A stretch of DNA of 64,000 nt from positions 17,936,871-18,000,870 of the forward strand of contig NC_092676.1 of NCBI RefSeq assembly GCF_964355755.1, written 5' to 3'. The notes under the pieces were generated by a model. It was not told the DNA's origin. It was given only the letters and a program-made list of their open reading frames with translations, and made no database searches. The translations under genes and the position numbers were made by a program. Shown here one piece after another: positions 52,893 through 64,000 of this stretch (positions are counted from its first letter, which is position 1; every line of letters starts with the position of its first letter). Source of the stretch: Antedon mediterranea (lineage: Eukaryota > Animalia > Echinodermata).

Positions 52893-54700
52893 GGCCTGTC
52901 ACACCAAAATCAGTCCGGGCCAAAATCGGTCCGGCGGACCAGTTTTGGCTGCCAAAATCAGTCCGGGGGACCATTTATGGCTGCCAAAACCTGTCCGGCC
53001 GGACCAATTTTGGCCGCCAAAACTGGTCCGGCCTGGATAAAATCGGTCCGGGCAGTAGGACTGTTTTTGGCCGCCAAATATGGTCCGGTCTTACAAATAT
53101 ATGGTGCGCAAAATGAGTCATAATGTATTATATCATTTTTAAAAAATGTATTAGTCATTATATTGAAAACTATGGGTTTTATTTGTTATTTTAATATTAT
53201 AAATTAATCCTGTTTTTTTAATTATCATTATTAGTAGTAACTCATCAGTACTAATAGGCTTTTTGTATACAATATGTATCTCTGCCTGTTTTTAATCCAT
53301 ATTGTTCTTTTTTAACATCTTCGTTTCCCCATGATGTTAAAAACAATTTAATTTATTAATTATTAATGGTTAATCAATCAATATATCAATTCAATACAAT
53401 TATTATAAAACAATTATCCAATATTGATTAGGCTGAGGAAGGAAAAAGGCCTCAATCATAAATAAAATCTAGCTGGCAATATCAGCGTCTCATACCCGTT
53501 CATGTGAGTGTGTGGCAGGCCGAAATATGAGTGAACACCTAAGTCATGTTTTTAGATAAAATACATTTATTTATAGTATTTATCCGACAAGATAACTTAC
53601 TAATATATATCATGGGATATTTTTCGGCGCTAGTTCCGTTTCGCACCTGTTTTTATTTCGACTTCCTTTTGACTCCAAATTGTTAAGCAACTTATTGTGA
53701 ATACCACACCTTAAAATTGGGCCTCATAAGTACTTTTATGAAGAAGAATCACATAAAAAGTAACAAATAAATCCTTAAATTGATGATTTTACAGACATGT
53801 TTCTCGCATACCGTTCGCCGCGAATTTAGCATACTCGAAGTTCAATATTTTCCTTTCTATGGAGCGCCAAAAGAGCAACAACAATAGATGGTTAAAACCT
53901 CAGTGGAATGCGTCTTCTTTTAATGCATTTATTATTGAAATACACAAACGTGTAATTGTAATATATTTTGTCAAATAAAAATGCTGTAACATTTTACTGC
54001 TAATAATTTGCTGTTTTCAAATAGCAACCAACCTAAGAGTAAGACTAAGACTTAAAGAGGCATATTATTTAGATTAAGGTATACCCCTACAGTACATGTA
54101 ATATGATGATGAATTTGTCGATTTTCATTCCTAACTAAAAGCTCCTGAAAAAAACATGTACAGTATCAACAGTAATATTTTTGTTGCATTGACAAAATAT
54201 GATAAAATTGAACGTAATTTTCACCAATAAATGCATTAAATATACACAATTTACTGAGTTTTTAGCCCTCTATGATTGCTCTTTTGGCGCTCCATAGAAA
54301 CAACAACATTGAACATCGAGTGTGCGAAATTCACGAACCGATGTGCGAGAAACACGTCTGTAAATTCATCAATTTAAAGGATTTATTTTTTACTTTTTGT
54401 GTGATCTCCTTCGTAAAAGTATTAAAGAGGCTTAATTCTAAGGTGTGGTACTCACGATAAAGTTACTTAACCAATTTTGAGTCGAAATAAACGACAGGTG
54501 CGAAACGGAACTAGCGCCTATTTTTCTAGCCATAAACAACTTAAAACAGCATCATAGGCCTAGTAATTCAATTAAAATCAACAGAAGAAAAGCCCGGACC
54601 GATTTTGGCAGTGGCGGACTGCTTTTGGCCACAATTTTAGAGCCAAAACTGGTCCGGCCGGACCGATTTTGGCCCCGGACCATATTTATTGTGACAGGCC
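52893..54700. mobile_element. Non-autonomous TIR DNA transposon with GGTCCGGCCGGACC subterminal repeats
   Basis: Ends GGCCTGTCACA.. / ..TGTGACAGGCC; arrays of CCAAAATCGGTCCGG motifs at both ends; lies upstream of the first MAP3K coding exon, in its presumed 5'UTR intron. Confidence 0.75.
53626..54518. mobile_element. Nested foldback element with ~260-bp TIRs and 8-bp TSD (MULE- or Merlin-like)
   Basis: GGCGCTAGTTCCGTTTCGCACCTG ... CAGGTGCGAAACGGAACTAGCGCC; TATTTTTC duplicated on both sides. Confidence 0.85.
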
Positions 54701-54709
54701 CTATTATGT

Positions 54710-55085
54710 AAGCCTATAGGCCTAGGCTAGGCAAATACAGTAAAAACAATTCTAACAATTAATGTAAAAACAAAGGCAACCTAGCCTACTACTAGGCCTG
54801 TTTAGCCCCGGTATACTGCTACTTGTGGGGCCGGGAATCCGTGGGGCCTAAGCCTAGTAGTAGGCCTAGGCCTGACCAGGGAAGAGTGTTCTTCGCTGGC
54901 CTGACTTAGGCCTCTTGGCCTAGGCTAGGCCTAGCTAGGCTGGGTTCCAGCTGTCTGCACATGTGGCCATACAACGACGTTTATATTTTAAACTGATCAA
55001 AGGCTCTAGGCCTAACAGTAGTATAAAATGCTGATTTACATACGCAGAATATCAAAATTTATCATATGTACCTAGGCCTAGGTTC
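54710..55085. promoter_or_regulatory. TAGGCCTA-rich tract marking the probable 5' end of the MAP3K gene
   Basis: Same word cluster as after ACOT9 exon 1; CpG-richer region with ACGCGT/GTTGACG motifs at 55100-55520; the first coding exon has an upstream acceptor at 52710, so a non-coding exon must lie further right. Confidence 0.5.
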
Positions 55086-55869
55086 GAATACCCAGCATAC
55101 CATATTTAGTATTGAATTGTACTTTAAAATACGTTGAACCAAAATGAAAACGTATCGTTCATGTTCAACGTTCATGCTAAAATAAAAAGTACAACGCGTT
55201 GAAGAACATAAAACGAGTTTTAAAACGCGTCTGAAGAACCAAATTAAAGTTATTATCGTTGCGTTTAGTAGTAGTACAGCATCATAACAAATATTCTATC
55301 TACAGTTTTATTTTCTTTTGGTGTGAGTTATTGAGTCTGCTGGGGATATCGACCAAGTCGTTATTTTTTACTCTGTACCGTTTTGTAGGAGTTGACGCTA
55401 TAGGAATTGTATTGACGCAGATTACACTAGAAAGCAAATAGATAGCACAGACGCATTTCAACGCGTTGACCTAAATGTTTGGTTGTTGAAGTTGACGCTT
55501 TACGACGAGAGTTGACGTGTGGGTGTGGCAGGTGTGTGTAAGATGGAAGACACATTGTAAGCGTTTTTATTGACACCAATTTCTGTAAAAATAGCACTGA
55601 TTAATCAATACACAGCATTTGTTTGTACCGGTAAATTGAAAAATTAAATTGTCTTCTGGTGCCGCCAGTTAAAAGAGATGGATACCAAAATACACTACCA
55701 CCTGTTATCACTTTTCCTATAGTCACGGTGAAAACAAATCAAATGATAAAAATAAACATAAACTTAATTTATTTTGGCAAAATGTTTAATAAACAATTGA
55801 ATAAGGCAGACTTTCATTATCTCCTTACTTCTAATACATAGGCCATTCCTTCACTTCTTCTTTCCTTTT

Positions 55870-56954
55870 AAGATGTATTGTCCCCCAAAAACATGAAAAA
55901 TGAAGATTAATTAAATCAGACTTTGAATAGGTTATTTTTTAGTTTTAATAAAGTGAATCACTTCCGTAGAAAAAAAAAGAGGAAAAAAAAAAAATTTTCC
56001 GTGACTTATAAAATAACATGATAAATGGTTAAATTCAACCAAAAATCCACTGGCTGGCAGCCAATTTGACATTTTTAGTCGCGTGGAAGCGACTCTATAG
56101 TTCACTATGTCGGTCGGTTGGTCGGTCTGTCTGTCTGTCGGTCTGTCTGTCTGTCGGTCCGGTATCACTATGCGTTTTATCGCTTTCTGACCTTATCTTG
56201 ATATCAGTTTAATCTAGCTAGGTCAATTTTTCACAGTATATTCCTTATGGCCAGGAATCAATGTGGTTATGTTTTCACGGTGCGCAATAAAAAATTATGC
56301 GGTCTACGCACGATTTAACGAAATCACGTTTGTAATCATATCTTCACAACCATGAATCACAATTAACGAAAATTTGGTACTCATAAATTTCAGGGCATAA
56401 ATCATCATATGGCAATACAATTACGTGCGTAGCGCATGTAACGCATGCGTACGCGCGCTTAAAATTGTCAAAATTTATTTTCAATGAAATAAGAGTACGT
56501 TTCAGGCAATTTTAAGCGTTTACAAAATTGCCATGAGTGCGCATATTTTTGCGCGCGCACTGCGCGTTAAATGTTATTGCGCACTCTTTTTGCCCGATTT
56601 CTGTTTTCTTGACTTACTTTTCAACTCGAAATTACGTTATACGAGCACGTCAAAAGTGACAGGCTACGCACGTGTAAATTAAAAAAATATAAATGTTTTC
56701 AAACATTTCAACATTTTTAAACATGTTCAGTAATTTCGGTCAGTATAGTTCACTATGTCGGTCCGTCGGTCTGTCTGTCTGTCGGTCTTTCTGTCGGTTT
56801 GTCTGTCGGTCCGGTATCACTATGCATTGCAGCACGCGACTTAATGGCTGTTGGCCTTGTTTGCTTTAAATCCAGTTTTTTCAGGTAAATAAATATTATG
56901 TGACATAACTGCCATGGCATATTCAACATTATTTTTCAGGGGGACAATACATCT
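55870..56954. mobile_element. TTAA-flanked (Kolobok-like) MITE interrupted by a Helentron-like element
   Basis: TIR AGATGTATTGTCCCC / GGGGACAATACATCT-TTAA; uninterrupted copy at 51908-52215 and partial copy at about 58748. Confidence 0.7.
56072..56860 (+). mobile_element. Non-autonomous Helentron / DINE-1-like element
   Basis: Starts TTTTTAGTCGCGTG, sub-TIR CACGCGACT near the 3' end followed by a short hairpin GGCTGTTGGCC, (GTCY)n microsatellites, T-rich insertion site. Confidence 0.75.
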
Positions 56955-57056
56955 TTAAGATTGGATATAACTTTAAGAAAATAAACTGCAGTATCAATTG
57001 TTTTACCATTTGCAAATGGTTTATTTCAATTAAAGCATGCTACATGATCAACATAT

Positions 57057-57692
57057 AATACTGAAATCTTAGTACAGAATTACAATACTGAAATCTTAGT
57101 ACAGAATTAAAATACTGAAATCTTAGTACAGAATTAAAATACTGAAATCTGAGATAGAATTAAAATACTGAAATCTGAGTATAGAATTAAAATACTGAAA
57201 TCTTAGTACAGAATTAAAATACTGAAATCTGAGATAGAATTAAAATAATGAAATCTGAGATAGAATTAAAATACTGAAATCTGAGATAGAATTAAAATAC
57301 TGAAATCTGAGATAGAATTAAAATACTGAAATCTGAGAAAGAATTAAAATACTGCAATCTGAGATAGAATTAAAATACTGAAATCTGAGATAGAATTAAA
57401 ATACTGAAATCTGAGATAGAATTAAAATACTGAAATCTGAGATAATTAAAATACTGAAATCTGAGATAGAAATAAAATACTGAAATCTGAGATAGAATTA
57501 AAATACTGAAATCTGAGATAGAATTAAAATACTGAAATCTGAGATAATTAAAATACTGAAATCTGAGATAGAATTAAAATACTGAAATCTGAGATAGAAT
57601 TAAAATACTGAAATCTGAGATAGAATTAAAATACTGAAATCTGAGATAGAATTAAAATACTGAAATCTGAGATAGAATTAAAATACTGAAAT
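57057..57692. repeat. 26-27-bp minisatellite (about 24 copies)
   Basis: Unit AATTAAAATACTGAAATCTGAGATAG. Confidence 0.95.
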
Positions 57693-59671
57693 GATTTAAA
57701 AAGCACCGCACAGTCGAATTAGTTCCCCACATAGAGGAGAGCATGATCAATGATATCAATTTTTAAGTAACTACTATTACGTCCACAACATATGCACAGG
57801 AAATTGTTCATGATGTTCAAATGTTGTATACTGTTTACTTGGAATTTTACATTAGAAACAGAATTATTCTTGATAGTTTTAACATTATAACTTGTTGAAA
57901 TATTCAATAGACTGCTAATTAATAATGCAGCCATAATCATGAGTATACATAAATAAGTTAAAATGATAAATAATATAATGTATAAATCTCTGGAATCTGA
58001 GTACAGTAAAAACTTTAGCACCTCAGTCAAATATAACTGCCGCACCATAGGGCCATATATGTTGCAATATGCATAATCTAGCACAATATAAGACATCTCT
58101 GATAGCACCTTGGAAATGGAGTGATGTGTCTTCATTCATACAGTACATAAATAATAAATACACATAAAAGCTACTGAAACAATATATTGTACAGTACCAA
58201 TACTTTTTACCTTGCCCTGCATAGAATATGCGCCAAATGAACACATGTTGTAAATTTACATTACCTGAAACCAGGGAGTTGTAAAATAAGCTCCCTGCTG
58301 AAACATTATAGTTCAATGATGTTTGTCTATAATTTTCTAAAAATACATATTCAAATTGTTTACAGAATCATTCAAAAGTTCCACACACGCAACACTGACG
58401 TCGGAACCTATTTAATCATTTATGGTAACCATTATATATAGTAAGTAAATAATGATGTATAAATAATTAAAATAGGTGATCTGAATATGATAAATAATAG
58501 ACGATTCAAACAAGCACCTCATTTATTCACAGGTGAATGCCCCAGAATGCCGCACGCTTTTAAACGTACTTTAAATGAAAACATTTTGTGCACTTAAATA
58601 ACATAGAACCAGGGAAGAGTGAAATTATAATTTAATTTCATTCTTTCCTACTAGAACTTATTAACATTTACAGAAAAACTAAATTCTTTTTCCCCCTAAC
58701 ATTATAAATGAATTGATTTATAGCTGTACGCCTTTAATCTATGTACAAGATGTATTGTCTACCAAAAACATGGACATGAAGATTAATTAAAAAAGGAATG
58801 AATAGGCCATTTCGCAGTTTTGATAATTACAGTTTAATATATAAAGCATCTGCATGTAACAACTGTTAACATATAGTGCCTCTCTCCACTTAAAATACAT
58901 TTGGAATCTAACAATAAATATTCATATATAATTTTGTTTTTGCTTTTTATAATTTTGGAACGAAAACTGTAAAATGTCAACCTCAGAGAAATGTAACTGA
59001 AGTGAATAATTCACAATAGGGAGGTTTTGAAACGATAATAAAAATAATATAAGGAAAAGATAAGGAAAACGGATACATCACATATTTGTAAAACTTTTGA
59101 GGTTAAGGGTTTTTTTGTTTTGCTAATTGTGCCGCAATAAAGTTCATAAATATTTTAGAGAATATGTATTACTCATTTACATTACATGAAAGCAAACTTT
59201 TTAATTTAGTTTTGGTATGTTTAAATAGGCCTCTGTATGACCTACAAAATAAATCTATCTTTCAATTATGTACCAAGTTTAATTGTATATAAGCATATCA
59301 AATAATATATTAACATTGCAATAAATATTAAAAGTTAAGACCTGCAAAATATATGTTTTTCACAGTGTTATTGTAAACTGAATATACGCATATCAAATAT
59401 TAATAGTACAATCAATATAGACTAAACAGTAATGTAACAATATATATGTATGAATCGCATAGTAAAATAAATATTTTTTTAAAATTAAAACATAATAATT
59501 ACAACAAATGCAATAAGAATTATAGCCATTTAAAATGAGTGTTTTAAAAGACAATAAAATTAAGTATAAGCATTGTCATAATATATACAGTAGATGTACT
59601 TCAATTTTGGCCATTCTGATACCACAATATGTGCTGCATGATACAGTATGACAAAAATTTGATAACAAGCC

Positions 59672-62600
59672 TTAACGATTTGTTTTTTCGCTTGAACATG
59701 TATATATGATCGTGTACAGATACGGATTAACTGCCGAGTTGATCGGTAAAATGAAGGTTGCTGCCCAAACATATATTTCTGCAGGGATATCCCAATGTTT
59801 AGTTTCCGAGCAAATTCCCATTAAAATGATGGGAAACCAGCAACAAAAATCTGTACCAATTATAAACACTAGCTTCCGTGCAATTCGCAACTGTTCTTCA
59901 AAGCTTTTCCTTCTATTAACAGTCGCTGATGATCTTTTCACAGAAAAAAATATTGTGAGATAACTGACGACCATGACCAAGAAACCGAAACCGTTAAATG
60001 CAATGAAGATAGCAGTGGCATACTCCCAGCCTGGTAAATGGCTTCGAGTTAGCGGTAACGGAAGGCAGACACTCTGTTTACCATAGTAGTTCTGTCCAAA
60101 GTAAGGCAGGTCGATAAAGCTCAGTTTATTTGCAGCTACCGGTAAGAAACTGATAGCAGCAATAACAACCCAAGCAATGACGATGACTATTTTGCATGTT
60201 TTACGACTGAGACGTCTAGTGTTAAAAGGACTAACAATGTTTACAGCCCGGTCGACGCTCATAACCATCAACGTAAACACCGAGCATTCACTGGAAAGAG
60301 TAGAAATAGCACCTGCAAAACTGCAAGTGAAACTACTTTTCCAATATTCTAGAACTTCCGAGTATCTACCTCTATAGTGAATATCAGCCCCTGCAATAAT
60401 TAGCAGATACATTGCCATAAGTAGATCAGAGATGGCAAGACTGGAGATCAGCATGGAATCAACAGTTTTCTCTTTATTGCAACACCTTGATATGAGAACA
60501 AGTGCATTGCCAATAATGGAGGAAACACCAATTACGAGCATCAACACCCGAAGCGATTTCCTTTTTAGTAAATCTTGGCATGATGCGAAAGCATCAGTGG
60601 GTTCACAGATCTCAATGTCACCAACAACACAACACAGATGGAAAAAATCTGAATAACTGAATGAAAAGAAATAGGATAGTTATATATTCATAATTGATAA
60701 TTGTAAAGTGTAAATAGCTAATTGCTAATTTCAAAAAGTGTAAATAGCTAATTTCAAAAAGTGTAAATAGCTAATTTCTAATTTAAAAAAATGTAATATT
60801 AGCCGTTTTTTCTTGCCAGCATGTATTTATTATATGGAATTCTTTTTTTATATAGAATACAATTTTCCTTGTTTCAGCAGTACAGCTGGGTCAACATTTT
60901 CTATCATGACTCGTCTTTACAGACACATTCCATTATTGTTCCGGCCTTTTCACTGAGATTGAGAAGTTCACACGTATGAATTCTTCTGATAACTTTTTAA
61001 CCACTTGTTACATTTGAAAACAAAAGTGAATCTGTGAAATTGGTACTAAATGGCATTTAAATACAAAATCAAAGGGGGACAACAGATCACACCACCCTAC
61101 ATACAGCCATTTGCATTCATAATGTAAAATAAATTTACTTACAACTCTGTTAAATTTACCAACTCTTTAAAAGTCTTTTCTTCATAATCTTTCAAGTTGT
61201 TGTATGTTAGGTTTCTGTAGGATAATAAATTCAGAATGATCATATCCATTTAATAATAACTTTAAATTCACATGTCATGAGGAAACTTTCTGAATGATTG
61301 AAATCAAAACAGTACTGGGTTTGGTTTACTAGCATTCCTGCTCCCAAAAGTCATCCATTCATAGAAGCACTGATGAAGAAAGTCTATCCATGGTGGCCAT
61401 AGAATGGTCCTCAAACATACTTTGGCTTTAGTTGATAGAAGTTTGAAACATTTTATTAGAAATAGAGTATATGTAAGTTATAAACTTTGTGGCAATGACA
61501 ATGTTTACAAAAAGCTGAATGTGCATTAGAGGCAAGAATACAAGCAGGTGTCTTACAATACAGATTATGAACTTACAGAATTAAAAGTGATGAAGCAAAT
61601 GGAGAAAATGCACCATCCTCTATGTTAGTTATAGAGTTGTTCTGTAACTGTCTGTTAACAAATTAACAACAAAAATTATGATCCTAAATTTAGTTATCTG
61701 AAGATGATCAACTGCAATTGCCTTTATTGGTATTTACTGCTCTGTCACAGTACTATATTATTCAATGTAATCAACTAAAGTACATGTTTTAAAGATACAG
61801 TATACTGTCCCACTGTAAAAATGAATTTACTATTAATCTTTGTTAAACATGCCATTCTAATGTCACATAATAGTAATCATCAGTCATTGAAATTTTAAAA
61901 TAAATAACAATTATTACTATCAACTATGATTAATGAATTAAGAGTATAACACAATACGTACAAAACATACTTACAATATTTGCAAATTGTTCAATCCATC
62001 AAATATATCAGCTGGTAAATTACTAATTTGGTTGTTTTCCAAAAATCTGCAAAAATAAAAATGAACAACATTTAAAGTGAAGTTTGACTATTTTATATTT
62101 TACCCATGGTTTCACTATTTTGTTTTCTTTATTTTTTTTTAACATAATTTTTTATCCAACTTTTAAAATTTATGTATGATCTTGTTTAGAGAAAGTATAT
62201 AAAAAGAAAGTTGAAAAATTAATGTTTTTATTTAATATGATTAACTTAAATTAATCATTTCACAATAATTTTACAAATGTTATAATAAATTGCAATTATT
62301 GCTATTCATCATCATCACAAACAGGGCACTTAAGACTTCTCCAATCAGAGAGATTATTAGCCAAAGTGTACATAGACTTATTTATTTTTTCTTTTTGCAT
62401 CATTTTCTATAATTTTTATCCATGTGGTTCTAGGTTGTTCTCTTCTGTCATTGATTCAGATAGAGCTCCTTGTGCTGGGATATCATAGTCTAGACTAAGA
62501 AGGTGTCCACACCATGTCAAGCGTCTTCTCTTTATAACTCTGTTCCATTTTTCCTCATTTGTGCTGTTATATAAATCTATATTTGTTATTATATTAGACC

Positions 62601-63588
62601 ATCTGGAATAATTAATGTTTAAGTTAAATGCCTTCAGTTGATTATGTTGCTATCAACTATGATTAATGAATTAAGAGTATAACACAATACGTACAAAACA
62701 TACTTACAATCTTTGCAAATTGTTCAATCCATCAAATATATCAGCTGGTAAATTACTAATTTGGTTGCCCCACAAAGATCTGCAAAAATAAAAAATGAAC
62801 AACATTTACAAGTGAAGTTTGACTACTTTATATTTTACCCATGGTTTCACTATTTTGTTATATTTAGTTTATTTTAACATAATTTAATAAGCAAAAGTAC
62901 ATATAAGGGCACTATACTGTATTTCATTAGTGATACATATATCAATCATATTGATTGAATTATTAGTGTCTATGATTCATGCACCTTTCTGACCGTTGAT
63001 CATTCACTAGAGCACTGTTAATATGTCCATTAATACAACATCTGTATCATTTTTTTTAAAGCCAACACATTAAAAATATTTCATTTATGTAAAAATAATG
63101 TTTCAAATTTATAGCTTTTGTTTAATAATAACACAATAAGTACAAAACATACTTACAAGTCTTGCAAATTGTTCAATCCATCAAATATATCAGCTGGTAA
63201 ATTTCGAATTTCATTACCATTCAACCATCTGAAAAAAAATTAAAAATTAACCACATTTAAAAGTGAAATTTGTCTATTTTATCACCCATGCTTTTACTAA
63301 ATTTGTTTTCCTTCGTTTATTTTAACATATTTTTTAAGGCAAATTTGTATGATAATTTACGTATGATAATTTTGTTCAGTTCTTTTTGTTATTATATTAG
63401 GCCATCTGGAAAGATTAATGTTTAAGTTAAATGCCTTCAGTTGATTATGTTGCTATCAACTATGATTAATGAATTGTGAGTAATAATAATGCAATAAGTA
63501 CAAAACATATACTTACAAGACTTGCAAATTGTTCAATCCATCAAATATATCAGCTGGTAAATTACTAATTTGGTTGTCGTACAAATAT
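59672..63588 (-). CDS. LRR-containing GPCR, RXFP/GRL101-like (partial, 5' end beyond window)
   Basis: LRR exons 63588-63517, 63228-63157, 62779-62708, 62046-61975 (72 nt each), 61651-61577 (75 nt), 61214-61143 (72 nt), all phase 2-2, then hinge+7TM exon 60656-59672 (YSDFFHLCC..C.P.D.FASCQDLL, LAISDLLM, STLSSECSVF, CLPLP, TDFCCWFPI, PINSAVNPYLYT). Confidence 0.9.
62306..62605 (-). mobile_element. 3' fragment of an RTE-clade LINE within the duplicated LRR intron
   Basis: Minus-strand translation RWSNIITNIDLY...IKRRRLTWCGHLL...PRTTWIK...DWR with a (GAT)n tail; partial copies at about 63385-63410 and 63845-63920. Confidence 0.65.
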
Positions 63589-64000
63589 CTGCAAAAATAA
63601 TATAGAACATTTAAAAGTGAAGTTTGTATACTTTATACTACCTATGGTTTCACTATTTTGATTTCTTTAGTTTATTTTAACATAATTTTGTATCCAACTT
63701 TTAAAATTTATGTTTGATCTTGTTTAGGGAAAGTATATAAAAAGAAAGTTGAAAAATTAATGTTTTTATTTAATATGATTAACTTAAATTAATCATTTCA
63801 CAATAATTTTACAAATGTTATAATAAATTGCAATTATTGCTATTCATCATCATCACAAACAGAGCACTTAAGATTTCTCCAATCAGAGAGATTATTAGCC
63901 AAAGTGTAAATAGACTTATTAGGTGATCATTTAGAATAAAATGATCACCTATTGTTATTGTACAAAATCTTTATTGTTATTATTATTCTTCTTTCTGTAC

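Noticed and set aside
57719-58316. 138-aa and 97-aa hydrophobic ORFs
   Set aside because: AT-rich composition, no motifs; probably GPCR 3'UTR or intergenic sequence.
61369-61385. CTGATGAAGAAAG hammerhead-like word
   Set aside because: No stem II or supporting stems.

Overview
AT-rich animal genomic DNA, intron-rich and probably from an invertebrate deuterostome such as an echinoderm (inference from gene and repeat style). Three spliced genes were reconstructed by hand from GT-AG junctions: (1) a complete 13-exon mitochondrial acyl-CoA thioesterase ACOT9 (+, 2281-10194, 427 aa); (2) a complete ASK-family MAP3K (MAP3K5/15-like) with 35 coding exons (-, 52647-28916, 1271 aa); (3) the 3' part of an LRR-containing GPCR of the RXFP/GRL101 type (-, 63588-59672, 5' end outside the window). 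A ~13 kb satellite built from two palindromic monomers lies between the convergent ACOT9 and MAP3K genes. Introns carry SINEs (tRNA-, V- and 5S-derived), MITEs, a solo LTR, a Helentron/DINE-like element and minisatellites. Main unusual signals: recently duplicated single-LRR exons that are invariant in the framework but hypervariable on the ligand-binding face; two near-identical intronic box H/ACA-like RNAs whose pocket matches U6/U2 snRNA; minimal hammerhead ribozymes in a (TA)n-flanked nest; tandem repeats derived from exon ends; and TAGGCCTA clusters near promoters that may be transposon footprints. Most short ORFs in the supplied track are repeat artefacts or exon read-throughs.
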